Assembly: GCF_050624435.1 (NCBI RefSeq)
Contig: NC_134541.1
Span: 124,958,480 to 125,022,479, forward strand
Direction of reading: 5' to 3'
Length of the DNA stretch: 64,000 nt
DNA from: Tenrec ecaudatus
Taxonomy: Eukaryota
Every line of letters begins with the position of its first letter. Position 1 is the stretch's first letter. The translations under genes were made by a program, and so were the position numbers. The notes below the pieces were generated by a model. That model was not told the DNA's origin. It worked only from the letters and a program-made list of their open reading frames with translations, and searched no databases. Shown piece by piece: positions 15,601 to 42,559 of this stretch.

Positions 15601-18600
15601 GGCCTCAGGGGGCTGGGCTCGGGCAGCTGCAGGGCCAGGTAGTCAGAAGGGAATGGGGGGTAGGGAGGGGAAGCCAGCTGCTATGGCGGAGGCGGGAGAT
15701 GGGCATGGGAAATGGAGTGGATGGGGATGGGGTGGGGGTGGAGGGCAGAAATGCAGAGAGGGAGAATGGAAAAACAAAAGAGATGGTGATGAGTTCGGTC
15801 CCTCTGGCTCCTGAGAGAAGGGAGGGGATGGCAGGACACTGTCACAACTGTCCCCCATTCTTACACCAGAGACAGGAAGTGGGCAGGCCCAGCTCGCGGC
15901 CTCCAAGGGGCCTGCTAGCCCAGTCTGGACGTGCTTCCCCAAAGCTTGTCCCTCTGCCCAGTGTCACCCGCCTTGCTCCCAGGAACCTTAGTTCGCCAAG
16001 TCCCATTCTGGACCCCAACTCACCGAGCTCAGGTAGGGGGAGGGGGCCCCAGAGGCCTGCAGGGGAAACCCTGCTGAAGGAGGCAGGGAGAGGCTGGACG
16101 GGGAGGGGGCACTCCCCAGCGGAGGGCTTCTCTTCCTGGAGAAAGGATGGGGGTGGGGGGTAGGGGTGTCAGCAGCAGCTAGGCGGCCAGGTGTCTTGCC
16201 CCCCACCCTCAGAGAAATTTTGGCTTCTTCTCACCTCTTGGGGGCTGGCGTGTCCGACAACTTGGGGGTCCCTTCGGTCTCGCTGTTATCGGAAGATGCA
16301 GTGGCATCTGAGTCTGTGAGGGGGAGGGCTGGGTGACTGAGGGCTGGGAGTCCGGGGCTACCCAGCAGCACGGCCCCTCAGCTCAACTCCCTGGGAGCCA
16401 GGGGGATCTGAGTCATGTGGCCCCCTCCTCCCTCATAGTCCGGGGGAGGCCCCCAGCCATGACAGCCCGCTGGTCCCGCTCTACTCTGGACCAGGAGACT
16501 CACTCGCTGGGGAGGAGGGGAAGGGTCTGTGACCCACCGCCACTTTCCAGACAGGTTCCAGCCAGGCTCAGAGGACAGCGGGGGCCAGCTCTCACACCCA
16601 GGTCTGCGACTCCTTGAGACCGCTGAGCTCCCTTTGCCCTGTCCCTTTTCCAGTCCCCCTCCTCCCCTCCCGTGGTCACTGGTCCCACTTCTGGCAGAAT
16701 CAAGGGCAGCTCACCCTGATAGCAACCCCCCCTGCTAAGCAGCCTTACCTCACCTTGCTCCGCCCTGCCATTCACCACCCGTCTCAACTGCAGGACGGCC
16801 AGAAATGTCAACGGGGTCGCAGCCCTCCCGATGCTCCCCTGTCTTGGAGGCCGTGCTGGGTTTTCATTGGTCCTCAACCTCCCCTGCTGGTCTCCCGTGA
16901 AAAACTGTACTCTCTGTCATCCCAAACTCCTTCCTCAAGGCAGAAACTGACCCCCATTGTCTGCCCTGGCCAAAAGCCCCATCCTTCTGTAACAGACAAG
17001 GGCTACCCGTGCTGTGTGGCCACTTCAGGCTCTCTGCTCCCAGGGTCAAGACGCCTCCCAGATCACCGTGGGCCCAGGTAACTGCTGGTTGCCGCCTCCC
17101 ACCACACACTCCAGGGTGGGAGAGCTGCGTGGAACTGGCTCTTGGGACTCAGACACAGCCCTCTCTGGCCATGCATGTGCCAGGTCCTCCCGTGGCCTCT
17201 GCCCCACATGGCTGCTCTGCCAGGAATCAAGTTGAAGATTGCAGGGAGGACATGAGAGGCTGGAAGGAAAGCCAGACTTCCTGCCATGACCTACACAGCC
17301 CGGTGGACCCTGCCTGCTCATCTGAGCTGACCCACCGCCCTCTTGCAACCTGTAAACAAACGGGCAAGGCATGTTCCAGCGGAGCCCAGGGGATATTGGG
17401 GGTAGTGGGTTACACATTAGGCTGCCGGGTCAGCGGTTCGGAACCACCAGCGGCTCCTCAGGACCAGAGAGGTCGGCTTTCTACTCCCACAACACCTTGC
17501 AGGCTGGCCGCCAGCCGTCGACTGGGTCAGTGGCACCGGGAGGCGTTGCGATGGTGACAGGAAGGCCCTGCAGTGGGGCGGGCCACATGTCCCCCTGCTT
17601 CGGGGACTTCTACCAACTGTGGGTCTCAACCCACGCACGGCTCTTGAAGTCCACATAGTGGTTTGTAACCGTCACTCAAAGGAAAGGGGGGAGAGTCTGA
17701 GGAGTGTACAGTGGTCCTTACACTGCTGCATCAGACCTCACTGTCTCGACGCACACGCCGGGGCTAGGTTTGAGGGCACAATACACGGCTTCACCCGCGC
17801 CCGCCCTGCTGCTCTTCCACCAGGCTTACTCCTGCTCTTGGGAGCTCTTGCTCACATCCACACAGGACTGGCTTCTGAGGGTTTAGGCCCCGGTTAGATG
17901 GCAACGGTAGAAACGCGACTTCTTGGAAAGGGGGCTCTTTGGTCATGCTACTGAACCCTGGCCTGCTTCCTGCTTAGAAGGGTCTGCAAACTAAGGTGGC
18001 TTCTGTCCTTTTTAATAGTTGGGGAGGGGGGAGTCAAAAGAGGGCTCATGACAAGTGAAGACTCCATGGGATGCAATCATCAGTGTCTATGAAGACAGCA
18101 TCCTTCAGGGACAGCCACATCGATGGCTTTGTGCCCTACCTGCCTGGGGCTGTTTTGAACTACTCTGCGTTGAGTTTTTGCGACAGTCTGTCCTCCTACT
18201 GAGTGGCTTGGGAAAAGGTACTATCTGGCCCTTCAGAGAAAGCTTGGGAATTCTTCCTTTAATCCAAGCGCTGCACTGTCATCCCATTTATACTGCCCAC
18301 CCAAACTCACAGCCAGAGCGCATTCCGACTCACCAAGACCCCACATGGCAGGGTGGAGCTGCCCCCGTGGGTTTCCTAGACTGTTACTTTTTAGGGGAGT
18401 AGAAAGCCTTTTTATCCCTCCCAGTGCATGGTGGTTTCCAACTGCTGACCTTTCCGTTTTCGGCTCAATGACCGTCACCCTAAGGCCAGCACCTCGATCA
18501 ACATCGTAGCTCCTTTGCTGACTGGTGTCCCCCCCACCCCCCAAGCATATGAATCACCGGTTCTGTTCACCTTAGCGCTTGCTCTAGCCCTTGTTCTAAG

Positions 18601-19257
18601 CAGGGTCCGGAACACAGTACGAGCTGCGCCAAGACTTCAGTGAAAACAACAACAAAACCCACGGGAAAGGCGGGGGCTGCAAATGCAGAGGCCTGGGAAC
18701 CCGCGCCCCGCGTCCACCCCCAGCAAGCTCACCAGACGAGTCTTCGTCCACGTTCTCGTACTGCAGCAGCCGGTCCAGGAGGAAACTGGGGGAAGCGGAG
18801 GGGGACAGTGGGTGTATCCCCGTCGCAGGCGTGAGCTCCGGGGCCCTCGACGCGCCTGTCTGGGCCCCGCGTCCTCAGAACCGCTTCCAGGAGGCGTTTG
18901 TGGCCCCGCTCCAGGGGGGACCCGACAGTAACCCCGCGGGGCGCCACCTCGCCGCCCTCCTCCCGCAACGCGCCTCACCTCTTGTCCCGGGACACCTTCA
19001 GCAATTTCCTCTGCGCCTTCCTCAGCTCCTCCTGGAAGCACTCGTGTTCCTGCAGCGCGGGCAGGGCGGGCGCTGAGCCGGCGGCCGGCAGCGCTCCCCG
19101 CGCACCCCGTCCAGACGCGGGGCCCCTGGGCACGGGGCCTCCGCACCCCCCACCCCCTCTTCACCCCAGGACTCACGTAGATGAGGAACTTGAGCTTCCG
19201 CTTCAGGTTGCGGTATTTCTTTTTGTAGTCCACCTCGCCGTCCGCCGGCCCGTTCAT
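12444..19257 (-). CDS. INO80E: INO80E ortholog (INO80 complex subunit E); CDS span, 7 coding exons, 244 codons
   Basis: Spliced translation reads [27 protein letters not shown] / [23 protein letters not shown] / [18 protein letters not shown] / [26 protein letters not shown] / RKRSPPLG...SPYLSS / [39 protein letters not shown] / MAVGPPDC...[10 protein letters not shown]. The total of 244 codons equals human INO80E. All introns are GT-AG. Confidence 0.93.
15561..15677 (-). CDS. INO80E: INO80E exon 6 ([39 protein letters not shown])
   Basis: The acceptor is ccgccatagcag and the donor is AAG|GTACCC. Coordinates were checked against the stop of ORF 15643. Confidence 0.85.
16024..16135 (-). CDS. 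INO80E: INO80E exon 5 ([38 protein letters not shown])
   Basis: The acceptor is tttctccag and the donor is TCG|GTGAGT. The frame matches ORF 15988..16206. Confidence 0.85.
16235..16313 (-). CDS. INO80E: INO80E exon 4 ([25 protein letters not shown])
   Basis: The acceptor is ctcacag and the donor is AAGAG|GTGAGA. The exon is 79 nt and phases are consistent. Confidence 0.8.
17390..17500 (+). mobile_element. AfroSINE-like SINE fragment in an INO80E intron
   Basis: The fragment contains ggttcggaaccaccagcggctcctcagg. Confidence 0.6.
18290..18470 (-). mobile_element. AfroSINE-like SINE in an INO80E intron
   Basis: The reverse complement of the SINE core is present, for example gtagaaagcc......ggtggtttccaactgctgacc. 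Confidence 0.7.
18733..18785 (-). CDS. INO80E: INO80E exon 3
   Basis: The acceptor is tcccccag and the donor is TCTG|GTGAGC. Coordinates were checked against the plus-strand ORF 18683 frame. Confidence 0.85.
18979..19049 (-). CDS. INO80E: INO80E exon 2
   Basis: The acceptor is ctgcag and the donor is AAGAG|GTGAGG. Coordinates were checked against the plus-strand ORF 18898 frame. Confidence 0.85.
19177..19257 (-). CDS. INO80E: INO80E exon 1 coding part (start codon at 19257-19255)
   Basis: This is Met22 in the frame of ORF 18637..19320. The in-frame upstream TTG is not a conserved start. The donor is TAC|GTGAGT. Confidence 0.88.
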
Positions 19258-19943
19258 GACTGGCCGCCGGAGCAGCGCCCCAGCGCCGGGAATCCCGCTA
19301 CCCTGGGCCGGCTGGCTCAACGCGCTTTCGACTTCCGGAGGCTCCGTTTGGAGGGCGCCCGCCGCTGGGACTACAACTCCCGGCGCGCCCCGCGCGCGCG
19401 CGCGCGACGGCGGCCCTCGCGGGAAACGCCCGGACCCGCCGAGTGCTACGCCAAAGACGGCGTCGCGGCCACGGGGTTAGTCCCCGAGCCCGAGGGCGCC
19501 GGGAGGGTGGACACTGCTTACAGATGGGAAGTCACCAAGACGCTCCCCGTCCCACCGCCGGGGATTAGTCTCCTCGCGCGGACGTCCTTCCGTCTCGGCC
19601 GTTCGCCACGGCAGCGGCTCCGCTGTTAATGTATGGCCCGATGCCGCGGGGGCAGCGGCGCGCGGTGATTGCGTCACACCTCGGTGCCCGCCCCCGAAGC
19701 GGTTTCTCAACCACAAACTTTTACCAAGCTAGCGTCCTGCCGAAGCGAAGCAGCCGCGGGGTGCTCCACCCGCCGGGGGCAGGGAGGGCGTGGGGAGCAA
19801 GGTTGGCCCGGTAACCGCTGCCCAGCCCCGCGGACCCGGGACGCAAGGCTGCCCCCGGCTCTGCGCGTGCACGCCCCGGCCGACGCGCCGACGGAGGCCG
19901 AGAGGAGAAAAAGGCGGGAGCCGCCAATCCCGAGTGGCGCCCC

Positions 19944-20008
19944 ATGGCGCGGTTTAGCGAGATGCAGGAGTTCACCCGTAGCCTCTTCCGAGGACAGCCG
20001 GACCTCAG
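19944..20008 (+). CDS. HIRIP3: HIRIP3 exon 1 coding part (ATG at 19944)
   Basis: The exon follows the frame of ORF 19944. The donor is CTCAG|GTGCCC. Confidence 0.88.
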
Positions 20009-22377
20009 GTGCCCTGGGGGCTGGAGGCGGCCCGGTGGGGGGTGGGGGTGCCGGGGCTGGGCACTGGCCTTGACGGCATGTTCCCACAGCACGCTCACGC
20101 AGTCCATCGTGCGGCGGCGGTTCCAGGCTCACGTGGGCCGTGACCACCTGGAGCCCGAGGAGAAGCGGGCGCTGAAACGGTTGGTGGAGCAGGAGCTGCT
20201 GAAGATGCAGGTGTGGGCACCAGCCAGGGACTGGGGGCGGGGGGGGGGCGGGGCTTGAGGCCGGGCGCCACCTGGATTCAAGCTTTGCCCCCCCTCTTGG
20301 TGCATACACAGGCGGATGAAGCCAGTACCAAGAAGATGCTGGACCTGAAGAAAAAGGCGGAGAGGTCTCCCACCTCTTCCAGTGACCGGGAGAGAAAGAG
20401 GTTCCGCGTCAACTCAGAGTCAGGTTAGCGCCGCCACCCCTCGGCCCTCCGTGCCTTCCTTCTGTGTTGCTGGATTGAGCACAAACTGAAGGGAGGCTTT
20501 TAGGTCAGGAGGCAGGTCACGGTGGGCAGGTAACCATTTCTCACTGGTGGGCAGGTAACCATTTCTCACTGCCCTTCACTCTGCAGAAGTCGGGCCAGAA
20601 GGAACCTGCCCTGAGAGGGTTTTGGAAAAGGGACCGGAAGAACTAGCCCCATCCCTTAACTTCTGATCGTTTTCCAGGGCTCAGCTCTGCAGCCTCCAGC
20701 CCAGACCACGCCCGCTCCCCAGCAGAGAACGGGCTGGCAGCAGCTGAATTCAGCCCGTTGGCGAAGGGCCCCAGGCGAACCTCAAAACGGGTGGAGGAAG
20801 AGAGCAGGACTGAGGATGCCCAGCAGGGACCTCTAATGGCAAACCAGGAGTTGGAGGATGGGGTGGAGGACAGCAGTGAGGAGGAAGAGGAGTTCAGGGG
20901 CAGGTCTCAGAAGAAAACGGGGACAAAGAAGCCAACAGCAGCCAGGAAGCTGCAGGCCAGGAGGGAGAGTGAGGACAGTGAGGAGGAGCTCCTTGCCCAG
21001 AGGATGCGAAGGAAGGGGCGGGGGCAGAAAGGGGCCAAAAGTCACCGGGAAAGGGAAACGGGGAGTGCGCATGAGCACCAGGACACTTCAGCCATGAAGA
21101 AGGGGCAGAAGGGAGCCGAAAGTGACCACGAAAGAGAAACACAGAGTGAGGATGAGGACCAGGAGACCCCAGCCAAGGAGGAGAGCGGAGAGGAGAAGGG
21201 GGGAGAGGAGGAAGAGGCGTGTGTAAGCAGAGCCCCAGGCAGTGGACAGAAAAGGCTAGCCTGCAAAGAGGGGAGCTCCACGCAGAAAGGCAAGGCAGGA
21301 AGGCTGATGGGAGACCAGGCCGACCCAGAGGTGAGAGAGGAGCGAGAGGCAGCAAGCAGTGAGGATAGCACTTCCGGAGAGGAGCCACTCCCAGAGCAGA
21401 GGAAGCACAAGGCCAGGACCCAGCATAAGGGCGGGAAGAGGCAGAGTGGAAGCAGCGAGGAGGAAGACGACGGAGATAGGGAGGCAAGACTTCCAAAGAG
21501 CGGCACCAGAAAGACAGCCATGGTGGACAGCAGCAGGAGGGAGGGGAGTGACTTGGAGAGTGCAGGTGAGGCCGGTGGAAGTCCCAAGGGGGAGAAGAAC
21601 CAGTCTTCTAAGAGCTCCAAGAAAGGCCGGGCCCGAAGCTCATCCACCTCCTCCTCAGAAGGTAGCCCGGACTCCCGAGGCAGGAAGGTGAGGGAGAAGC
21701 TGGGTGGGAAGCCAGCAGCAGGGAGAAGGGAGATCTGCCCCAAGCCCAGCAGTGCTGGCTTTCAGCCACGGCCCTTCCATGACAGGCGGCCACTGGTCGT
21801 CGCAGTGAGGACCATCCGGCTGTGCAGAGGCTGAAGCGCTACATCCGGGCCTGTGGGGCCTATCGCAACTACAAGAAGCTGCTGGGCTCCTGCCGTTCGC
21901 ACAAGGAGTGTCTGAAAGTCCTCCGGGCAGAGCTGGAGGCCCTGGGCATGAAGGGTGAGGCAGCTACGCCCTGGTGGCGGGCGGTGAGAGCTGCTGCTGG
22001 CCCGGGAGGGGATGTCCACCCACATGCCCCTTCTGCCCCAGGGAACCCTTCCATGGTGAAGTGCCGGGCCCTGAAGGAGCAGCGGGAAGAGGCCGCTGAG
22101 GTAGCTTCCTTGGATGTCACCAACATCATCAGCAGCTCAGGTAAGGGGCTTCCTTTCACTCCCCCAGACGGGGCTTGGCCGTTCTGACAAAGGTCCTTTC
22201 CTCCCTCCCCCAGGCCGGCCCCGCCGCCGCACCGCCTGGAACCCTTCAGGAGAAAGTGCCCCCGTGGGGGAGCCCTACTCCAGGACCCTGGACTCTGAGG
22301 ACGAGCGGCCCCACCACCCACCCCCCGATTGGTCACACCTGCGCGGCATCATCAGCAGCGATGGCGACAGTACCTGA
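19944..22377 (+). CDS. HIRIP3: HIRIP3 ortholog (HIRA-interacting protein 3); CDS span, 7 coding exons, ~579 aa
   Basis: Spliced translation reads MARFSEMQEFTRSLFRGQPDL / STLTQSIVRRRFQAHVGRDHLEPEEKRALKRLVEQELLKMQ / ADEASTKK...RKRFRVNSES / large acidic Ser- and Glu-rich exon / AATGRRSEDHPAVQRLKRYIRACGAYRNYKKLLGSCRSHKECLKVLRAELEALGMK / GNPSMVKCRALKEQREEAAEVASLDVTNIISSS / GRPRRRTAWN...PPPDWSHLRGIISSDGDST*. It is collinear with human HIRIP3. All junctions were checked against ORF-track frames. Confidence 0.92.
20090..20210 (+). CDS. HIRIP3: HIRIP3 exon 2
   Basis: The acceptor is ttcccacag and the donor is CAG|GTGTGG. Confidence 0.86.
20312..20423 (+). CDS. HIRIP3: HIRIP3 exon 3
   Basis: The acceptor is tacacag and the donor is TCAG|GTTAGC. 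The frame matches ORF 20213. Confidence 0.86.
20678..21687 (+). CDS. HIRIP3: HIRIP3 exon 4 (1010-nt acidic, Ser/Glu/Lys-rich low-complexity exon)
   Basis: The acceptor is ttttccag and the donor is AAG|GTGAGG. The frame matches ORF 20758..21834. Confidence 0.85.
21786..21954 (+). CDS. HIRIP3: HIRIP3 exon 5
   Basis: The acceptor is catgacag and the donor is AAGG|GTGAGG. The frame matches ORF 21822. Confidence 0.83.
22042..22140 (+). CDS. HIRIP3: HIRIP3 exon 6
   Basis: The acceptor is ttctgccccag and the donor is TCAG|GTAAGG. Confidence 0.85.
22214..22377 (+). CDS. HIRIP3: HIRIP3 terminal coding exon, stop TGA at 22375-22377
   Basis: The acceptor is ctccctcccccag. The frame matches ORF 22114. 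AATAAA lies at 22561. Confidence 0.88.
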
Positions 22378-22560
22378 GCGCCCCTCACCTAGGGAGGGAC
22401 CCTGGCCCCGTGGACAAAGCATATATATGTATAGCCCATGTTCTATGCGTGCAACGGAGAAGCCACGTGCTCTAGAGAAGACCTGCAGCCAGCACCCAGG
22501 GACACAAGTGGTCAAGACCCTACTTCTTGGGCTGCTCTAGGGTTTCTTTTTAAAAGATTC

Positions 22561-22566
22561 AATAAA
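22561..22566 (+). promoter_or_regulatory. HIRIP3: AATAAA polyadenylation signal, HIRIP3
   Basis: The signal lies about 185 nt downstream of the HIRIP3 stop codon. Confidence 0.7.
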
Positions 22567-23340
22567 GGAACGTTTCAGGCAGCCACATCTAATCGGGTGC
22601 TCTGCTCAACTTTGACCTTTTGGGCCTTGGGCTAGGGGCCTCTGCTTCCTATCTGGCTTTCTCATTCGCAGAGGTTCTTGTCAACCAAGTCCCCACGTCT
22701 ACCCCATCAGCGAAGGGCCCAGCCACCTACTCTCCTCCAGTCTACCCAGAGGGCACCACCTGATGAACAGTGTCTGATAACCTAGTGCCGAGCAGAGCAG
22801 ACTCGGGAAGGCGGCAAAGCGCAAAGGACGTGTCCAAACAGCCTAGAAGGGTGGGCGCAGGGTTTGGACCAGGCGACGCAACAGTTAAAGCACTGGTCCA
22901 GGGGAGAAGGCTGGTGGTTTGGTCCTGCTTTATTCTCCCTGGCAATCCGTTCCACTGATGACCACGGCCCAGGTGCCCCGGGGGGCATCCTACTCTGTCC
23001 AGTGGGGTCGTTGGGAGTCAGAGCTGGTGAACACAGTAGGACCCAGGCCTGGCCCCTTGCCTCTGGCTACACATGAGCCAAGAAGGTCCCCTCAGGCCTT
23101 TGCCGGGACCTTTCTGTGGAGGCTGCTGACTAATGTGGCAGCTTAGTGTCCCAGCTAAAGGGAACCTTCCAAGAATGTCCCAAGCCGGAGCAGGGGAATG
23201 GAGAGGCCTAGAGGTAGGTGCTGGGCTTTGAGCCTGGGTCCAGCAGATAGCAAGCAAGCGCTCACTTGCAGTTGCTGTGGCCCATGGTCCACATCTCAGA
23301 CAGAAAGGGCGAGTCCTGGGCTCTGTTAGAATAACCAACA

Positions 23341-23346
23341 GTTTAT
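23341..23346 (-). promoter_or_regulatory. TAOK2: AATAAA polyadenylation signal (minus strand), TAOK2 short isoform
   Basis: A TTTATT on the plus strand lies about 660 nt downstream of the stop codon at 24001. Confidence 0.6.
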
Positions 23347-24000
23347 TAAAAGCTTGCACTGGGGTTCTGTGCCAGCCCCGTAAGCTGAGAGGGGCTATCC
23401 TGGCCACCCCCATGCCTGGGAGTGGCCACCTTCCAAGGTCTTTCCCTTGTCCCCCTGACCCAGCCCTGACCCCAATTAAAAAAAAAAAAAAAAGACAAGA
23501 CGGCACAGGACTTGAGACAGAAACGGGAGCGGAGAGACCCGGACAACCTGCCTCCAGAGACCCCATCCTGATCCTCTTTTCGGAAGACCACCTCCTTCTG
23601 TCCTCCCCGCCCCAGGTCTGGGGGCCCTTGGCATCCCCAGTCCGCGGTCCCACTGCAGGGATTAATATGGTTTTCGGAATATATCGAGACCCACCCTTCC
23701 CCTCCCCCAGGGGACTAGATGAATATTTGACACACACATCTCCCTCCTTTCCCTAGACTGCTGGAGGGAGACCCTGGCACCATGGTGGGGAGGCAGGGGC
23801 TCCTGGTCAGCCTGGAGGCACTTGTGCCCACGCTGGCCCTGGGCCACTGACCAGCCCCAAGAAGCTCATGAGATGAGGTTTGAAGGGAACTGGAGCCGAT
23901 ATCCTGTCCCCCACCCTTGGGTGGGCCTCAAGCTTACTGCCCCTCCAGGATCAGGCTCCACCCACCCCAGTCCAGCTCCTCTGCGCATCCACCCTGTACT

Positions 24001-39465
<15,465 letters not shown>

Positions 39466-41886
39466 GGTTGCCCCCGGGGGCCCTGAGAGCGGGGCCTGGC
39501 CTAGTGAACAGAGAAGAGACCCTCAGAGAGGAAAAGCATGCAATTGGGTTGTTGCCTGCTCCCCCTGGCTCCCCGATGAGGGGGAGGCATTGCTGAGGAA
39601 GGGCAGGGGGAGATTAGACACATCAAAAGCTCCAAAACCTGAGGTTGCCCTGGCAACGAGAGCACGGGGGGGGGGCGGGGGGGGGCGGCCGGGTCTCTGG
39701 AGTCCCAAAAACTGCCACGAAGAGTCTGGGTAGCTTTGCCTCCTCCCTCCCCTTCTCAGCCCCCAGCAAACTGTCCCTCCGTCTGCTGGCCCTGATCTCT
39801 CCCTTCCAGAAGGAAGGGTAGGCCCAAGGGTCCTCGCCCACAGGTCCCACATGCCACTGGTTTCCAGGCACCTTCCTGTTCCCCTAAGTGCACAGGGAGG
39901 GGAGGGGGGCGCTCCTCCCTCAACCTCTCACACCCTAGAAGAAGGCAGGAAATGGCCAGGCCGGAGGCTGTGGAAATCCGGCCATTGTTAGAAGTGGGTA
40001 CTAGCCCACAGGGCCAGGAGGCTCACCTCAAAAGTGGGTAGGGACCTGGGGCAGGGGACAAGATCTGGAAATGGGAAGGAGAGAGTGAAACATGAAGCCT
40101 GGCTCTGGGACCTTGGGAACTAGCTGCCTTACTTGCCCAGTCCAAGAGCGTGCATGAGTACAGGGCATCTTGGGTGTCCACAGGGCACTGATGGAGCACA
40201 GCACAGAGGGGGCACCTCCCATGCACTGTCCATCACTTCATCCTCACCCTGATCCTCTGGGGTTATCATCCCCGTTTTACAGATGAGCCCATGGGCTCAG
40301 AGAGGCTGGTTTGCTTGCTCCAAGAGGGTGGTCCACCAGCAGGCTTACAGCCCAGCCCTCTGAACCGCTTCCGGCAGGGGACATAAGCACCATTTCTGGG
40401 CCACTGAGGAATGGTTAGGTCCCCAAGGTCAGAGAATAAGGAGTTTTTTTCCTCTCTCGGGCCCCTGCCCGCAGGAAGCTTGTCCTTAGAAGAGGCCCTT
40501 AGCATCAGGCAAAGGCCCCAGAGAAAGTTCCTTTAAGGCCGGCACCCCCAGGGGCTTCCTGGCCGGGCTAAGCATCCAGGGAACTCGGCCCAGGCCCAGG
40601 ATACAAAGGCAACTTCAGCAGAGCTGGACCCCTAGGGCAGTGTTCTAGCTACTTAAAAACACGGAACAATCAGATTGTATTTTACCCTGCATTGTGTTCT
40701 GTTGGGACACTGGAAGCTAGAGGGACTCTGTGGTGAGATCATGGGGTTCAGAACACTCACAACCACTGGGAGATGGGCTGAGCGCCCTCAGCAGTTCCCA
40801 GGCTGCTTGCTAACAGCAGGGCCCCTTCTCCCTCTTTGCTCCCAGCAGCTAAGCACCTCTCACCCCCACCCACACACCCACACAGAGGCAGGTGCGCACA
40901 ATTTGCCAAGGGAACCTTCCTGACTTCGTCTCCAGCACCTAGTCCAAGAATGCCAACCCAGAACCGTGCCCCACCTGCACCCCCCAACCCCCCGACACAG
41001 GTAAGAGGTGGCCCAAATTGGTCCAGTAGCTCCTGGACCTCACAACAATGCACACTTCATGAGTGACCACCACGGTCTGGGCTCAACCTCAAGCATCTCC
41101 CTTCTGCAGATGAGGACACCCAACCCCCTCAGTATCTACGCGGCACTGCCAATATAGCCCCACCAGCAAGGGAGAGCAACAGGGCTTTGACTTGGTCTTC
41201 TGTTCTACACAACAGATCACAGCTCAGGGCGATTGTCATGAGAACTATACTTCCTTGGAGTCCTTGGCAGACACCAAACATGTGGATTTGTCACACCACC
41301 ACTTGAATTCTTTGGGGTGGGGTGGGGGTAGGGGATCATTCTTCCCGGGCAGCTTGGCTTTAATGGCTTAAGAGATCTCATTAAGGCCACCATTGGTCAA
41401 GAGAGCCTTTTTGGCCACCTGGGCCGGACTCTGGGGTCAGGGGAATGATGAAGGTCACAGTAAAGAGAGAGACCCAGGAGGCACAGGAGTCAGAGCGGCT
41501 ACTAGGAAGGCGGGTCTCCAGCTCTCCTGGACGGGAGACCCAGCTCAAGCCCATCCTTAAACCTCACTGAAGCTCCTTTCCCCCCATGGAGTGCTCAGCA
41601 GGAAGGAGGTGCAGCAGGGGCAAAACTTGATCCAAGACCAAGACTTAGGTTCAAATCCTAGTTCTGCCACTGGTGTGACCCATGGGCATTCTCTCTGGGC
41701 CTCAATGTTCCCAAGTGTAAAACAGGAAGGAAGACAGCCATCAAGGGCCCCTGCTCCCCCGCACCCCCCTGCCGGGGTAGACAGACACGGGAGAGAGACC
41801 ACTCAACAAATGGATGAGATTATTCCGATCACCACAAAAGGTTGAAAGGTAACTGTAGCTGGAGGAGAAATTCTGCCAGTCTCCTT

Positions 41887-41920
41887 ACACACACACACAC
41901 ACACACACAAACACACACAC
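41887..41920. repeat. (CA)n microsatellite in TAOK2 intron 1
   Basis: A direct dinucleotide run. Confidence 0.9.
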
Positions 41921-42559
41921 TTTCTTTGCAAAGACAAGAAGCCCACCAAACCAGGACTGAAAAGCAGATCCCACCCACCATGAGGATCAGAGGGCTGGGA
42001 CTCAACACCCCCAACAGAAGCAAGCAAGCAGAGGTGACTTCAAGGGGCAAAGTGCACGGGGAAAACATCAGGAAGGTGCAGACCATCTGATTCATTCAAG
42101 CTTCCTAGGGTGTGACCCCCGCCCCCCCCCCCATAGGAGACCCTGTCACCTGAGGGCCCCCCATCGACCAGACACAATGGAGGGAAGAATTAGACGGTGG
42201 CAATCCAAGGCCAAGCTGACCACTGCCCAACTGGGCTCCCCCACCCTGAGGAGAGATCTTCTCGGGCCCGGCTTTCCAGAAAGGGGCACCCTTTCTTCTG
42301 GGTGCTAGACACTGGGACCGGCGCCCCTGCACCCCACTTCTCACCTGGAGGGGGTCACTATGGTGCCCCAGCGCCTCCGCTTCCTCCTGGGGTCCTCCAG
42401 CGGCTCTGCCAGACAGGGAGAGGGGCGAGGGGACCCTTCCCCTGGCCACCTCTTCCTTGAGCTTTCGCCCTTCCTGAGGGGCGGGCCAGGGAAGCCGCCC
42501 CTGGAGGGGAGGGGGTGACAACCTGATCTGACCTCGCGGTCCAGTCCTCCTCCTCCTTG

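Larger units (their letters stand above)
18650..20100. promoter_or_regulatory. Bidirectional CpG-island promoter shared by INO80E (minus) and HIRIP3 (plus)
   Basis: The INO80E ATG at 19257 (minus) and the HIRIP3 ATG at 19944 (plus) are 686 bp apart. The intervening DNA is CpG-rich and includes a (CG)7 run near 19386. Confidence 0.75.

Noticed and set aside
18637-19320. A possible N-terminal extension of INO80E ([21 protein letters not shown] upstream of MNGPADG)
   Set aside because: The first codon of the track ORF is TTG, not ATG. The conserved INO80E start is the ATG at 19257. The upstream open frame is simply GC-rich 5'UTR or promoter sequence.
20894-21743. ORFs of 200 aa and 233 aa on the minus strand, antisense to HIRIP3 exon 4
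   Set aside because: They are the mirror image of a purine-rich, Glu/Ser-coding exon. The antisense translation is Ser/Leu/Pro low-complexity. There are no start or splice signals and no known antisense gene here.
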